Shown here piece by piece: positions 12,894 to 25,375 of a stretch of DNA of 64,000 bases. Made by a program: the position numbers and the translations under genes. The notes beneath the pieces were generated by a model. The model saw nothing but the letters and a program-made list of their open reading frames with translations. It did not search any database and was not told where the DNA came from. Position 1 is the first letter of the stretch, and each line of letters starts with the position of its first letter. Origin of the DNA: Saccostrea echinata (lineage: Eukaryota); NCBI RefSeq assembly GCF_033153115.1, contig NW_026889753.1, forward strand, positions 3,782,001-3,846,000, given 5' to 3'.

Positions 12894-13440
12894 TTAATGA
12901 CTATTGATGTTAATTGCCAACTTAACAACTTAATTGCTAATATGCCCCCGTATGACAAAAGGGATGATCGACTTCAGCTTTTCCACCTCCGACTTCCTCA
13001 TATTTATTTGGTAACATTCCACTATCACCTCCATACGGTGGTTAATCTCCAAACTGGTTTAGACTGGCAAAAGGATACTTTTTAACTGAGGCAGGCTACT
13101 AAATGGTGATGTTACAGGGTTTTCAAATTCTTTTAAGTCAGCAAATTTTATGGTCGTTATAATGACCTTGTTTGGAAAAACGACCTATCGTAGGATCATA
13201 TTTTGATTGCTATTTTATATCAATAGTTAGGCCAGTGTTTCTATACTAATTACTCTATTTACCTGATCAACTCAGAGCGCTCACGGCGGATGTTACATTT
13301 GACAGGGGATGATTACTCCTCCTAGTCACCTGATTCAACCTCTGGTGTCACTAGAGGTCAGTGAATTTTCCCTTTTCAGATTCGTGTTTTTGAAAGGATT
13401 CATGCTATTGATCCCTGTTCTTTATCTCCAGTTTTTCATT
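12894..13440 (+). mobile_element. Degenerate 3' fragment of a Penelope-like retroelement
   Basis: YDKRDD-type C-terminal RT motif, then the cacggcgg...ctcctcctag..cacctgat tail shared with 23621-23690. Confidence 0.7.
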
Positions 13441-14125
13441 CTTTATACTTGGAGTTACAGGTGGCTTAAATAAAAACCAGATCTAATTAGTTAAGAAAAA
13501 ATGATGTTATTGCTTCAAATAACAGCAATATGGTTTTCATAAGAAATAAACCTTTGACACTTACATCGCTTCTTTCCCGCACAATTATTGCGCCATTAAT
13601 TACCATTTTTCTAAATTGTCCTTGCAAGCTCAAGTTTTCTCTAAAAGTATGCACTTGCAAGAGATTTAAAATTTGAACTGAACTGAAATGTTGGATTGAT
13701 AAACTAAAAAAAACGTGAAAAATTAATAATCTGTACTCTTTGTTTAAAAAAAAAAGAAAAAAAAACTAAGAGGAATTCAAACATCTGCAATATAAGTATT
13801 GAAGGAACAAAATGAACTTTATCACCTGCAAATTTATATTCTCTCTTAATTAACGGCAATATATGCAAATACCTAAAATAACTAGTCGAAAATAGCTGAA
13901 AACTAAGAAATGCTAGTCTATAACATATTAAGTGTACTTACATGTAGTGTATAACTATTTTCTGGGGAAATGAAAATTATAAAGATTTTGAAACCTAGTC
14001 TATGCAATAATTTTCTAAATTAGATCTTTATGTAAAAATGATCTTTTAATCCATATATCGCTGGTTTGTTACTATGTAAAATATAAAGTTTCTTAATTTT
14101 CTCTTTTCTTATCAATATATTGTCT

Positions 14126-14174
14126 TAGAAAATTTGGTGTTATGACTATTTTATTCATAACACCAAATTTTCTA
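14126..14174. repeat. Perfect 20-bp inverted repeat with a 9-nt loop
   Basis: tagaaaatttggtgttatga / tcataacaccaaattttcta. Confidence 0.9.
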
Positions 14175-14559
14175 TTTTAATAAAAATTTGTGGGAAGACA
14201 ATATTTACATTCTACAAATATTTTTCGCGGGATCTACATTTACGAGATTTTTTTCGTTTTGTTTTTATCTGTTAAATCGAACGTTTCCTGCAGGATTCTC
14301 TTATGATACGTTGTTAAGAACAATCGATTATTTAATAAAACTTTAAAATGTTATTAATAGTCATTAATGAGGATAAAAAAGTTAATATACATTAAGTGTT
14401 AATAATTATTGATTGCTCTTTACATTTTACATGCTTTCATTGAGAGAAAAAGTTAATTGCAACATTCAATTTATAGTAAGTAAGTTAATATATAAATATT
14501 TTATCATAGTGACTTGTGTATAGCATAATTTTAAATTCATTAGACAAATAAACATACAA

Positions 14560-15494
14560 CACCCATGCAGTCCATCGGACCTATAAGTCACTTTTAGCAA
14601 TATAGATATTCATTACATACGTGTGATTTTTTTTGGTCTTATATGCATTATTTTTATCATGAAACTCACAGTTTTACGTGGGAAATGAGTTAATAGATAT
14701 TTAAATAGAACATTTAAATCATTATTATGTATATTTGAAATTCCAACATTTCTTAGAAAATCATGTGTACAGTTTTTATACAGATTACATTTTAATAGAA
14801 AATGAAGTTCAACCTCTACTTTGTGCAAATCATAAAGACTACATATTCTGTCTGGAATTGGTTCTTCTCGATAGCGACCAGTCTTGATACGCAGTGGGAG
14901 CACCCCACACCGGAATTGCGCCATTGCAGACCTAGCTGATTTTGGCAAGTCCATCGCTACGTATTGTTTAAGGCCGTATTCTTCCTTAATAGTACGGTAC
15001 ATTCGTAATTTTGCAGATTTTTGAATATCAGATTGCCATTTGGATTGTTGATTTGAAAGTTGTTTCTGAATAAAAATTTGAATATAGTATGCTTACCTAT
15101 TGTGCTTTAATGCACGATGAAATGCAAAATATGTTTATTCTTGTGATTAATAGATTTGTAGCAGTGTTATTTAACTGTCCATACATCCTTAAATTGCACT
15201 CAGATTTAATGCTGTTGAGAGCCGTTACATCTTCGTCAAAGATTTGTAGCAGTGTTATTTAACTGTCCATACATCCTTAAATTGCACTTTAATGCTGTTG
15301 AGAGCCGTTACATCTTCGTCAAGTCATGCAAGATTGAAGAAGTTGATGGCTTTAAGTCCCCGCCATGTGCATTACGTAATTTTTTTTCAATCTGCAATTA
15401 CCTTCTCGCGAAGCTCGATAGCGATTTTCAGGATACTTTTCTTGGAAGATGTACATGTACTACCAATACACACAAGGGTTTTGTGACAAGTTAA
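14560..15494 (-). mobile_element. 5'-truncated, decayed CR1/L2-group LINE 3' end
   Basis: ORF2 C-terminal signature KLRMYRTIK...RSAMAQFRCGVLPLRI.TGRY...RICS...VE.ELHFLLKC; left and right limits approximate. Confidence 0.75.
15152..15322. repeat. Tandem duplication of ~85-89 bp
   Basis: agatttgtagcagtgttatttaactgtcc...catcttcgtcaa occurs twice, differing by a small indel. Confidence 0.9.
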
Positions 15495-15781
15495 ATAGAT
15501 GCATATGATTTTTTTCTAACAAAGACTTGTGATTAAGGGTTTAGTAATAACTGTATGTAATTACTAAGGTTGAAAATAATTTTCAAAATAAATTAAACAT
15601 GTATATTCTCAAAAAAGGGTGCCAAAGCTTAGGTTTTGAATAGACGGTATATTTTTCACACCATCTTTGCACAAAGTTTCAAGGAAAGTATTCATTGTAT
15701 AAAAAAGAATTTCTAACTAAGTTCCGTTATTGTAATACTCGTTTAATTAATTCGGACCCAAGGTGTTTACAGCCGAATCCG

Positions 15782-17955
15782 TTAGAGTACGTTGTTATAA
15801 ATGGTCTGGAAAAGAAGAAAATATAAGATGATTTTTGACGTGTGTTTACTACTGTTTCCCACTTTCATTTCAATTAAACTTAGTGTATGTATTTTTTAAA
15901 GTTTTTCACAAAAATTATTTTTGGCAATTATATGGAAAAATGTATTATATGTTTTTAAACAAACAAATTAATACGGAAAAAAAACTATTACAGAACTGAA
16001 ATTGTAGTCGTACTAATGGGATTTTTGCTGATTTTCGTTCCAGTTTTGAAACTTGACCCGGAGATAAGTAAGAGATCAAAATTTAAGCTTATTAATTTAT
16101 ACAGCAGAAAATTATGCTTGGTTGTAATATTGTATTCCCAGACTGGATAACAGAAATCTGAATGACCAATTACTGAAAACGGTTCTCATAAGGAAGACCG
16201 CATGGATCCCTTATAAGCTAATATTTGCTGCGAATCAATGTATTATGATACTTTAATATTTGTTAATTAATGGAATAATGCTGCATTGTTATTTTAACTA
16301 ATGGATTAATGCTGCATTGTCATTGTTAAAATAAACTACAAATAATAATCATAACTCACTGTTCTCATGTAGTGGTCGAATTCTCCAAAGTCTATGACAC
16401 CATCTAAAAATGGTAGAAAAAATGCATAGACAATTAATACAGAAATGGAGACGGTCGTTAAATATTTCATTAACCCTGAATGATCAGATAGTTTCCCTTG
16501 ATCTGGTTTTAGTGGGTTACAAGGTTGTAAATTCCTTGCAAATAGTGCAGTTTAGATCGACAAAACGCCAGACTTGAATACCTGTATTATCAGCATGTAT
16601 AGTTACTTTTTATTTTCTGGATGAAAACCAGGATGTCATAGCGTACATTTTAAAACTAAACCAAAGAAAACAGTTTGTACATGTTGACCGTAAAGAAAAC
16701 GATCAGCGATACAAGCAAAAGAACACAGCAATTATTCAATGGTCTGATGCAGCTGGCAATGCGTAACCTGCTTACACAGTGAATCAGTGATATAAATATA
16801 AAACGTACTTGAAACTGGGATTTGTTTTGAACTATATGCACCGATATCATGAATTAGGAGACGAATGAAGTAAGAGGTTTATAATCCAAAGCAACCCTGT
16901 AATTCGAGTATTTCTACATATTCTACAATTACGCAACCTTTTACAAAGTAACAACCATAAATTCCAATATCTAACTCTCAAGTCGAGCACCATATGTACC
17001 ATCTCTATAAAACAAAAACATAAAAAAGGACTCACTTCTGTTTTGGTCAGCTGTTCCAAAAACCGTGACAAGGTCAATCTCAGTGAGAGCGCCATTTTTA
17101 TTTGAGTCCATCTGATTAAAGTTGTGTTCTTTCTGTGCGTCGGTGTCCCCATAATCCCAGCTCTGTTTAAATTCATTCAGGTCTATGCTAACAGGCAAGT
17201 TACCTGGAAAAAAACTTATTTTAGACAAACCCAATTTATTGTTATGATTAAATAATTATGAGAAAAAGGAGAGATGTACGAGTATGACTCAGGTGTTGGA
17301 TAGCTATTTTGGGGATGTACCTTTATAATTCAAGGAGATCTCTTGAATGAATATGGTGAATTATTATCCAGTAAATCAAACTAAGGCATTTTTTTGTAAA
17401 TTTTACTCTGATTTGACTTGTTTTATCCTCTACTTTAAGAACATAGCTCATTGAAAACGTATTGCTATACATTAGACTAGCCTGATTTTTTTATGCCTAC
17501 AGCATCGCGATTACTGTTGTATACATGTAAGCATAGAGACAAAAAGTCATCAAGAGAAACAAGAAGCAAACATATAGAAATCGCGATATCCTTAATAGTA
17601 CACAACTAATAAATACTTTTAGTAAATTAATGTTCTTGGACGACTTTCAAGATCGACGTTGATTTATAAGGTGATGGCATAAATAAACTAAATCTATCAA
17701 TGACATATTCTATATTGTCTTTTATATTATTGAAGCACAAATCAATGTATAAATTTTTCAAAATATTTGCTTAATTTCTACAATTTTTTTTTTGTTTTAC
17801 CAGGATTATTCAGGTCATATGGAACAAAAAATGCCGAGATTTCGGTCGTAGAAATGAAGAAGTCTTTGTCAGCATCCATGTCATGGAAAATCTGGCCGAT
17901 CTTGGTCTCCAAATTAAAAGGAATGGGATGGTGTCCGTTTCCATGCTGACTGATG
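15782..17955 (-). CDS. Spliced four-EF-hand calcium-binding protein, resembling small secreted molluscan shell-matrix EF-hand proteins; exons 17955-17801, 17203-17036, 16403-16360, 15805-15782; first exon not resolved
   Basis: GT-AG introns with matching phases; EF loops DADKDFFISTTE, DSNKNGALTEID and DQNR|NGVIDFGE (completed across a splice), plus an extended DLNNP|GNLPVSIDLNE; ends TIYNNVL*. Confidence 0.8.
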
Positions 17956-18675
17956 CTATTTACAAAAAAATAATAATAGATATATAAAAAATAAATAAGA
18001 TAAAAAAAAAAAAAAGAATTGAGAGTTTTATCGAAAAAGACAACTCGTCTTAAAGCCGTGTGCACATCTTGATCACAGGTACTTGACGCTTTAATTATTT
18101 CGCTTTATGTATTATAAATCAAACTATTATTATATAATAACAGTATGGAAATTTTTTATCAATAAAGAGAAATATTCAAACTTCAAGTCCTTGTGATCTT
18201 GGTGTATAACGAACAACAATCTACTGATTCACTTAGCATATTAAACATACATGTATGTCAAATGCCTTACTTTCTTGTGATTATTTTTGTAAAACAAAAA
18301 ATTAAACATATGTACTGTGATTTAAATTTTGCAAGTACTCTTTGACGTTGTATATATATATATATATTTTCTTGCCTTGAACTATATTTGCTGAAGTAAT
18401 TAAATACCAATTTTCTTAAATACAAAATATCGTTTGCTATTTGTTGTGAAATTCTGGCTTGCCAGGTTCCCAACAATGGGCAAAACAGTTTTACATTAAA
18501 GACAACTGGCAACAGAAGAAGCTAAAAGTGTTTTCTGCGACATAAAAGTTTTATTTCACAATAGTAATAGTAATTGAAACGTAATTTATGACACATTGTT
18601 TCCTTATTCCAAACTATTTTTTTTTAATTTGTTTTATATTTTTAAAGTCATTGAATGGGCCTTACAAGCACATGA

Positions 18676-20998
18676 GGGTGAATTAAAAAAAAAATATGAC
18701 CAAACGCATATTTATCAACCCACACTAAAAATACAGGCAATGAAAATAGATTTCTATGTCTCAGCATATGTCTCTAGATAGTGTCTAAATACCTGCCAAA
18801 TATCTCGTTGATAAAAGTTATGCCAAAATGATGCTAAAATTGTCAGGAGTGCAGCACCTTTTTGTGACATTTTGAAATTTCAATATTTTTTGGAGATCTG
18901 TGAAATAAAAAATAATGCTTCATGTTGAAAATAAAGACTTTCCTGATAATATTCAAAGTATTGAGCTTTAAATGTGGACTGTAGTAACTTTTGTTTAATC
19001 AGGTTGTGGTCATGGCTGATGTTTAAAAAAATGTTATACCATGTCAGGAGTGCAACAGAAAAAATGTAGTGTTGCCAAAAAAACATCAATTGTAAAGTTC
19101 TGATAGAAAATTAAGACAAAAAAGAATTTTGGAAGTGTGAAATAATAACTGATATACATTTTAAAACTTAAAAATGTTATATAAATCACAAGCAGCATTA
19201 ATGAGAGTCAAAAATATGTGCATACCCCAAAATGTCAGGAGTGCAACATTGGACATTTTGCTCCCAAGCATGAAAAAACTATTATCATTATATGATTTTC
19301 TTATTTTTATTTTGGAAAATAGAGACACAAAGAACATTTTTACCAAATAGATTTATCAATTACAGGATCTGTCTGTGCTTCAGATCCATATTTCTATAGT
19401 CAGGAGTGCAACACATTCTTTTAAAGATTCAAGTTGTGTGACGAAAAGACTTCTATTCATGCTTAGAAGTATTAATTAATTAATTAATTAATGATCTTTT
19501 TGTATAATTTAATGCTAAATTATTGACAGTTTTATTATTAAAATCCTTCCTTTTTCAATTTTATCAATTCAGATGTGTTTTTTTCTTTTTTGTGATTTTT
19601 TTTTAATGAACATTAAAAATAAACACCCTAAAACATTGTCATAAAATTCGAATAATTCCTCCTCAACTTCACTGAAACAACAGAACAAGTTCTTATGTAA
19701 TTTTCACTTCACAATTCTACTTTAAAGGTCCCAATGCTTTTGGTCAGGAGTGCAACAAATATGTTAGAATTATAAATCATCCAATAAGAATAAAAAGAAA
19801 GAAAAAATGATGAGTAGAATTTTTCTGGTGGGTTACTGTGTTTGTCTTCTAAAGGAAAATATGCTTTAAAATATATTTTATCTTCTAAATATACATTTAA
19901 GCTAGTTTTTTGGCATAAAAGATGGTATAATTCCAGATAAAATGCGAATTTTAAATACTTTCATCTGTTTTAATTATGAAGTATTGGACTATAAGTATTG
20001 CACAATTTCATTACCACTTGATGTTGCCAACACTTTATGAATTTTTGTGTTCTGTGGTTTTAATTTTAAACTTTACTGCAGTCAGGAGTGCAACAAAACT
20101 GCTTCATAATTACCGATGCTTTTTAACTATCTTTACTAAAAATTAAGTTGAAAAAAATGCTTGATACTATTTGATGTTCAAAACACTATGTCTATCAACA
20201 AATTACAGAAATTTTACAGTCAATTCAGCGAATAGTTTTCATCATTTCACATATATTTTTAATACAATTTATATATATTACACTTTGCAAATAATCATGT
20301 TTTAAGGTCTTCAAAATATGAAAAACCTGCTGTAAACGATGAAAAATATCAACACGACAAATTGATTTACAAAGTAAGAGTGGGTTATTGTGTGTCATAA
20401 TTTTTAAAACAATGTTAAATAAAATACATATCAGATGTTAGGAGTGCAACACAATAATGTAACATAGGGTCACTTCAAAATCTAGTATTTTTCGTAAGAG
20501 AACTCGTATATAACAATTCTTTTTTGGCTTAGATTTAAAGAATTAACTTGAACGGACAAGAAAGTGAATTTTGGGGAATTTTATTGCTTCATATTTTTTT
20601 CATATTAAAACTTTTCAAACCAGAATTGAAAAAATAATGTAAAATAACAATCAAAAAGCCAATTTTTTGTCACATGTGCAAGAGAAGATATTCATTCAAG
20701 GTCTAGATTTAATTATTTATACCCCTTTTACCATTTTAAAGCATAAAAAACTATAATTTCTTGTGATTATGTACTTTAGAAAGTCTTTTAAGGTGTAATG
20801 ATATTTTCTTTTTTCAAAAGAAATTTTACTAATAAAAATTCTGAAACTTTTTAATCCAATTATCTGTTCTATTGCCACTTCAGGATTTTAAACTAGAATG
20901 CATTTGCAATATGATGATATAAGTGAAAAATATGTTATAAGTAGTTGAATTTTGCCAAAAAAATTCAGTTTGGTGGTCATTTTTTTTTTAATTCACCC
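18676..20998. mobile_element. 2.3-kb non-autonomous DNA transposon, Sola2-like termini
   Basis: TIRs gggtgaattaaaaaaaaaa(t)atgacca / tggtcattttttttttaattcaccc; flanks atga / ataa suggest a 4-bp TSD with one mismatch; no long ORF. Confidence 0.7.
18842..20451 (+). repeat. Seven dispersed direct copies of 15-bp GTCAGGAGTGCAACA with unrelated spacers
   Basis: Starts at 18842, 19043, 19234, 19399, 19743, 20081, 20437; five exact, two with one mismatch. Confidence 0.95.
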
Positions 20999-22814
20999 AT
21001 AAAGTTTAAAAGAATTTTAAATTTACAGAACTCGCAGGATGCTCTGTTTTACACAGATACACTATAACAATATACAATGAACAATCTTTTTTAATCAGTT
21101 TCACAAGAAAAAATACACATAGTTGTATGATACAATGTTTCGTAAACTACAGTGAACAAACAAAAAATATAGTTTTATCTTGTTACCGAGAGATCTACTT
21201 TTAAAAGTTAACAAAAGTTGTTGTAGATTTACAACTCTCAAGTAAAGCCCAATTGTACATTTGTAATCATAACTACCAACATGATCAGTAAAAAATACAG
21301 CATATATAGTTGGTATTGAACATAGTAATCAAAGTTTTAAGATGGAAACTTTGGTTTGTGCTTAGGAACTTTGATAGCAAATCTAAATACATGTACATGT
21401 TTCCTGTGCAAAAAACTTTAAGCTTCTTTTTGTTGGTGATGTTGTAGTTTTTTTCTTTTTGTTTTTGTCTTCTGCTACGCTTTGCAAACGACCACAGCGT
21501 TGGGGAAACCCGGAGCTTTTGCATTATCACGCGATTATATAACATGTTTTTACATTGTTCGACTCATTTACTATCTGATATTTTTTAATTTACTTTATGG
21601 AATTTGCGTCAGTTGGGTTGCAAATTTGACAATTTTGTTTCAATTTTATTCCATACATATGTTTTGACATGTGTCGACCAAAAAACTATGAAAAGAGGGA
21701 AGATGGAAAATTAAGAAAGAAATCAAACTTAGACTTGCCTTGCGGCACCAACAAACGAAATAAGGGCAAAAAATGCAATCATAGTTGGAAATCTGCAAAG
21801 AAAAAAAAATCAAATTATTTCAGACCAACAAATTGGCACGATTGCCGCTCCCTCTATGATCCTAACTTCCTTTGTGAAATACAAATTAAATGTATATATC
21901 AAACAATGTTTATTCTGCTTTCGAATACAGAAAAAAATCAAGCCATACCTTATGTCTCCTATCACTATTTAATGACAAGATAAGGGGCTGAATAACCCAG
22001 ATAAATTGATAAAAAGAGTGCCTCCAGTTCAGAATGATAAATGAAAGTAATAGATAATAATTGTTTCCATTTGATTTACTGAAACAAATGTTAGAAAAAG
22101 AGGACATGTAAATAAAATGTGCAAATAATGGCATCCTAAATAATCGTTCACCTTTATCATGTAAAGGAATTAGCGCTCCTCATGTTCTATTTTCAAAAAT
22201 CCCATATATACTAAAATTAGAATGGTGAAAAGTAATGGGGTCCCTCCTGGTCACTGTGTAGAAATTCATTACTTTAAAACATTAATTTCTTGTGTATGAG
22301 AGAAATGAATATTTTTTTTATATTTGAAAACAAAATGTTTCCCGACGCAATTTCGACTGAGAGTTCAGTAAATCGTATTGGAATGCCATCTTTATTAAAA
22401 AAAAAAGAAAAAAAAGACAACTCGTGCGCATTCACATTGGGTTTCTGTAACATTGCATTAGAATTAAATTATTTATAAGTGTTCCAATAATTTTGATGTT
22501 GGACCAAGAGCTGGTCCAATATGGCTCCACTCAACATCTGATATATTGGACTTTTTACACGAAGTATTTGTTCAGTACAATATTTAAAGGGGTATAACAG
22601 ATATCATGAATGATGTTCTCAAAGTTTATCATGAAAACTCAATAACACAGGTTCTTGTACACTAGTGCATATGCACTTCTAGGTCAATATAGTCGTGATC
22701 CTAATTTTGATAAGCCCTGATCTTAAATAAAGTGGTCAATGTGAATCTTTAATGGAAAAACTGGTACATGTAATTAACTACTGTTTGGAATCCACAAAAA
22801 TAAAGGCGAATACC

Positions 22815-23760
22815 GATTAATAAATATTAAATAGACACCTGTAGTTAAAGGATCCAAATAAAACGAACTCTACAGCAACCAAATTGTTTTGTTAAAAATC
22901 CCTCCAATTCTACACACAAGTACTCTAAGTCGATATTAACAGGATGCTGGAGTTCCTCATTGACAACATTTTGTAGTCTTCGGAGACCATGTCTTCTAAC
23001 AAATGTTGGAATTCCTAGAGGCACCATTTGTGCTCCTTTATTATAGCCGACCTGTTTTAAAATTCCTATGAAGCAGAATTTACTCAAAAACTTCTACGAG
23101 AGAAGAAAACAGTTGCTCTGGCTTTCAACTCGACATTAAGATATACAAGACGCTTTATCAATTAACAAAAGTTACTTCCATTCATACTTCAACTCGATAT
23201 ATCCCAGTGAACTTGAAATAAAAGACACCGCAGAGTCTGCCACAATTGCTTGGATTATAGACGATAAGGGCCAACTAACAACTAAATTTCCATCGCCAAC
23301 TTAAATTCCCTAATATTCCGCCATCACCTGCATATAGTGTTTACGTCTCCAAAATTATTAGATACTCAAGAGCATGCTCTGATTTTGACACGATGCAGGC
23401 TTCTGACAGATAAGTTAATGTTACAGGGATTTCAACAACCTCGTTTAAAGTCAGCATTTCGTAAAATCTATGGACGTTATAATGACCATGTTAGCTAATA
23501 TAACCTATCATTGGGTCGTATTTTGGCTGACGTGTTTCATACCAATTGTTAGGCCTTTGTTTTTATGCTAAAGTTGACTAGGGAATGATCCGTCTACCTG
23601 ATCAATAAATACATAGGGTTCACGGCGGGTGTGACCGGTCAACAGGGAATGCCTACTCCTCCTAGGCACTTGATCCCACCTCTGAAATTTCCAGGGGTTC
23701 GCGACCGTGTTTTATGTCCTGTACAAAGATTTGTATTGCTTGTAGGTTTTTTTTTTTTAT
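22815..23760 (+). mobile_element. Decayed Penelope-like retroelement RT fragment with 3' tail
   Basis: Remnants of GIPMGTNCAP, FNSTFRYIDD-like, IYPSELEIKDT and NIPPSPAYSVYVS.IIRYSRACS motifs with frameshifts. Confidence 0.75.
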
Positions 23761-24011
23761 CTTCATGTTTTTTTTTAAATCCAAAAATCTGCTAAGTTGA
23801 CCTTAAATGCAACTTTACCGTTTCTTTGTGCCTTACCATTATTATAACGACGCAAGACATTTGCTCAAACCACTACGCAATGCGGGCGACAAAATCGTGG
23901 AGGTAATCGGATTTAGTGAAGTTGTTGAAAATTTCCCACCGTTTTTGTGAATCAGTACCTGTACTTATTAAGTTACTGAACTAGACACTCTTGCTTGGCA
24001 AACTATGTGAA

Positions 24012-24175
24012 TGAAATATGAGGTAACGAACAGTATTCAATCTCCAAAGTCCAATGAAACGATACAAATTCGGAGCAGAGCAAACACGAACCTCAAAATT
24101 TAGAGGTTGGATCAGATGCCATGGAGGAGTGAACATCCCCTGCCGACCGGTCACACCCGCCGTGTGCTCCTTGTC
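24012..24175 (-). mobile_element. Inverted copy of the same Penelope-like 3' tail
   Basis: Reverse complement of the cacggcgggtgtgaccggtc...gatcc(c/a)acctct segment at 23621-23685. Confidence 0.75.
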
Positions 24176-24192
24176 ATAATCGGAAAAAATTA

Positions 24193-24379
24193 CAGTGGCG
24201 GATCGAGGAATTTCATAACGGGGGGGGGGGGGGGCGCAGTAGTATCATTTTATCAATTTATGTACTAAACTGGACTAAACCGAAGGTAAACGCTTGTTAT
24301 ACAAACAAAATTTCAAAAAAAAATAATAATTCAAACGGGGGGGGGGGGGGGGGCACACCCGACGCTGGATCCGCCTCTG
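24193..24379. mobile_element. hAT-like MITE with poly-G subterminal tracts
   Basis: cagtggcggatc ... gatccgcctctg TIRs; no clear TSD. Confidence 0.65.
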
Positions 24380-24731
24380 CCTTATAAAGCGATTCTATTT
24401 ATTTTTATCTAAGAAAAAAAGTCGCTTAGGTTATAATAAGTTCCCTATAACCGAGATTTCCGTATAAGCAAGTTCTTTAAAATCGAGTTTTACTGTATTT
24501 TCAATTCAACTCATTTATTGACATCATCATACATTGGCATATAATCATGAATACAGCAAACAAAACTTGACATACATGTACCTACTGCAGTCATATGAGT
24601 GCATATCAGTTATTTTAAAGTATTTCTTTTCTGATACCAAAGCTCTTCTTTTTTTTTTTAGAAAGTTACAAAATGTTTTTCCATTTCAATAAACTAGTTT
24701 GCAAGAATGACATACACGATTTTCTGTAGGT

Positions 24732-25375
24732 AAACAAGAGGCCTGTGTATCTCCCCATTTCAATATGTAGTACAGAGGAACTAATTCGTAGTTTTTTTTC
24801 CAATTACATCAATTATCATATAGGTGACTAGCAAAGGGAAATGACTTCTCTCAGTCGGATAAAAATAGAGCCCTGTCCAGCACTAGAACAGTTGAACAAG
24901 TGGTCCAGAATTTCAAAAATCTGGTAAAAATGCAGTCCGTTTGCCCCTTAGATGGTCAGAAGCAGAGAAGAATTTCAAGAAATAATGCATTTTCAGCATA
25001 CGTGTATAATCAATAGAGCCCCCCCCCCTTGAACCCCACACCGTGGGACCACACATTTCACAATTTTGGAATAGGCAACCTAGTTTGCTCATCATAACCA
25101 TGCTCTTAGTTTTCTTTTAAATTCCCAGGAGCAGAGAAGGAGATTATAATAGAATTTATGCATTTTCACTATATGTCATTATAGCCCTGTCGTAACTCCA
25201 GAACCCTGACTCTGGGGCCATGAATTTCACAATTTTGGTTGAGGGCTCCATGCTTAATTATCACGATCACACCAAGAGTTCGACTGCTTGATGTTCAGGA
25301 GTAAAGAGGTAATTATTTACAGATAACACAAATTTTGAATGGTTTAAATCCCAACCCAGGTCCCGGGGCCGGGGA
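24732..25375 (+). mobile_element. Helentron-type non-autonomous fragment with ~166-bp satellite-like monomers
   Basis: aaacaagagg start; monomers homologous to 40030-41230. Confidence 0.7.

Noticed and set aside
16971-17002. Nearby terminal exon for the EF-hand gene (NGTYGARLES*)
   Set aside because: The exon at 16403-16360 has a stronger acceptor and completes a canonical EF loop
18842-20451. CRISPR array interpretation of the 15-bp repeats
   Set aside because: Repeats too short, spacers 150-340 bp and irregular, no cas genes, eukaryotic intron-containing context
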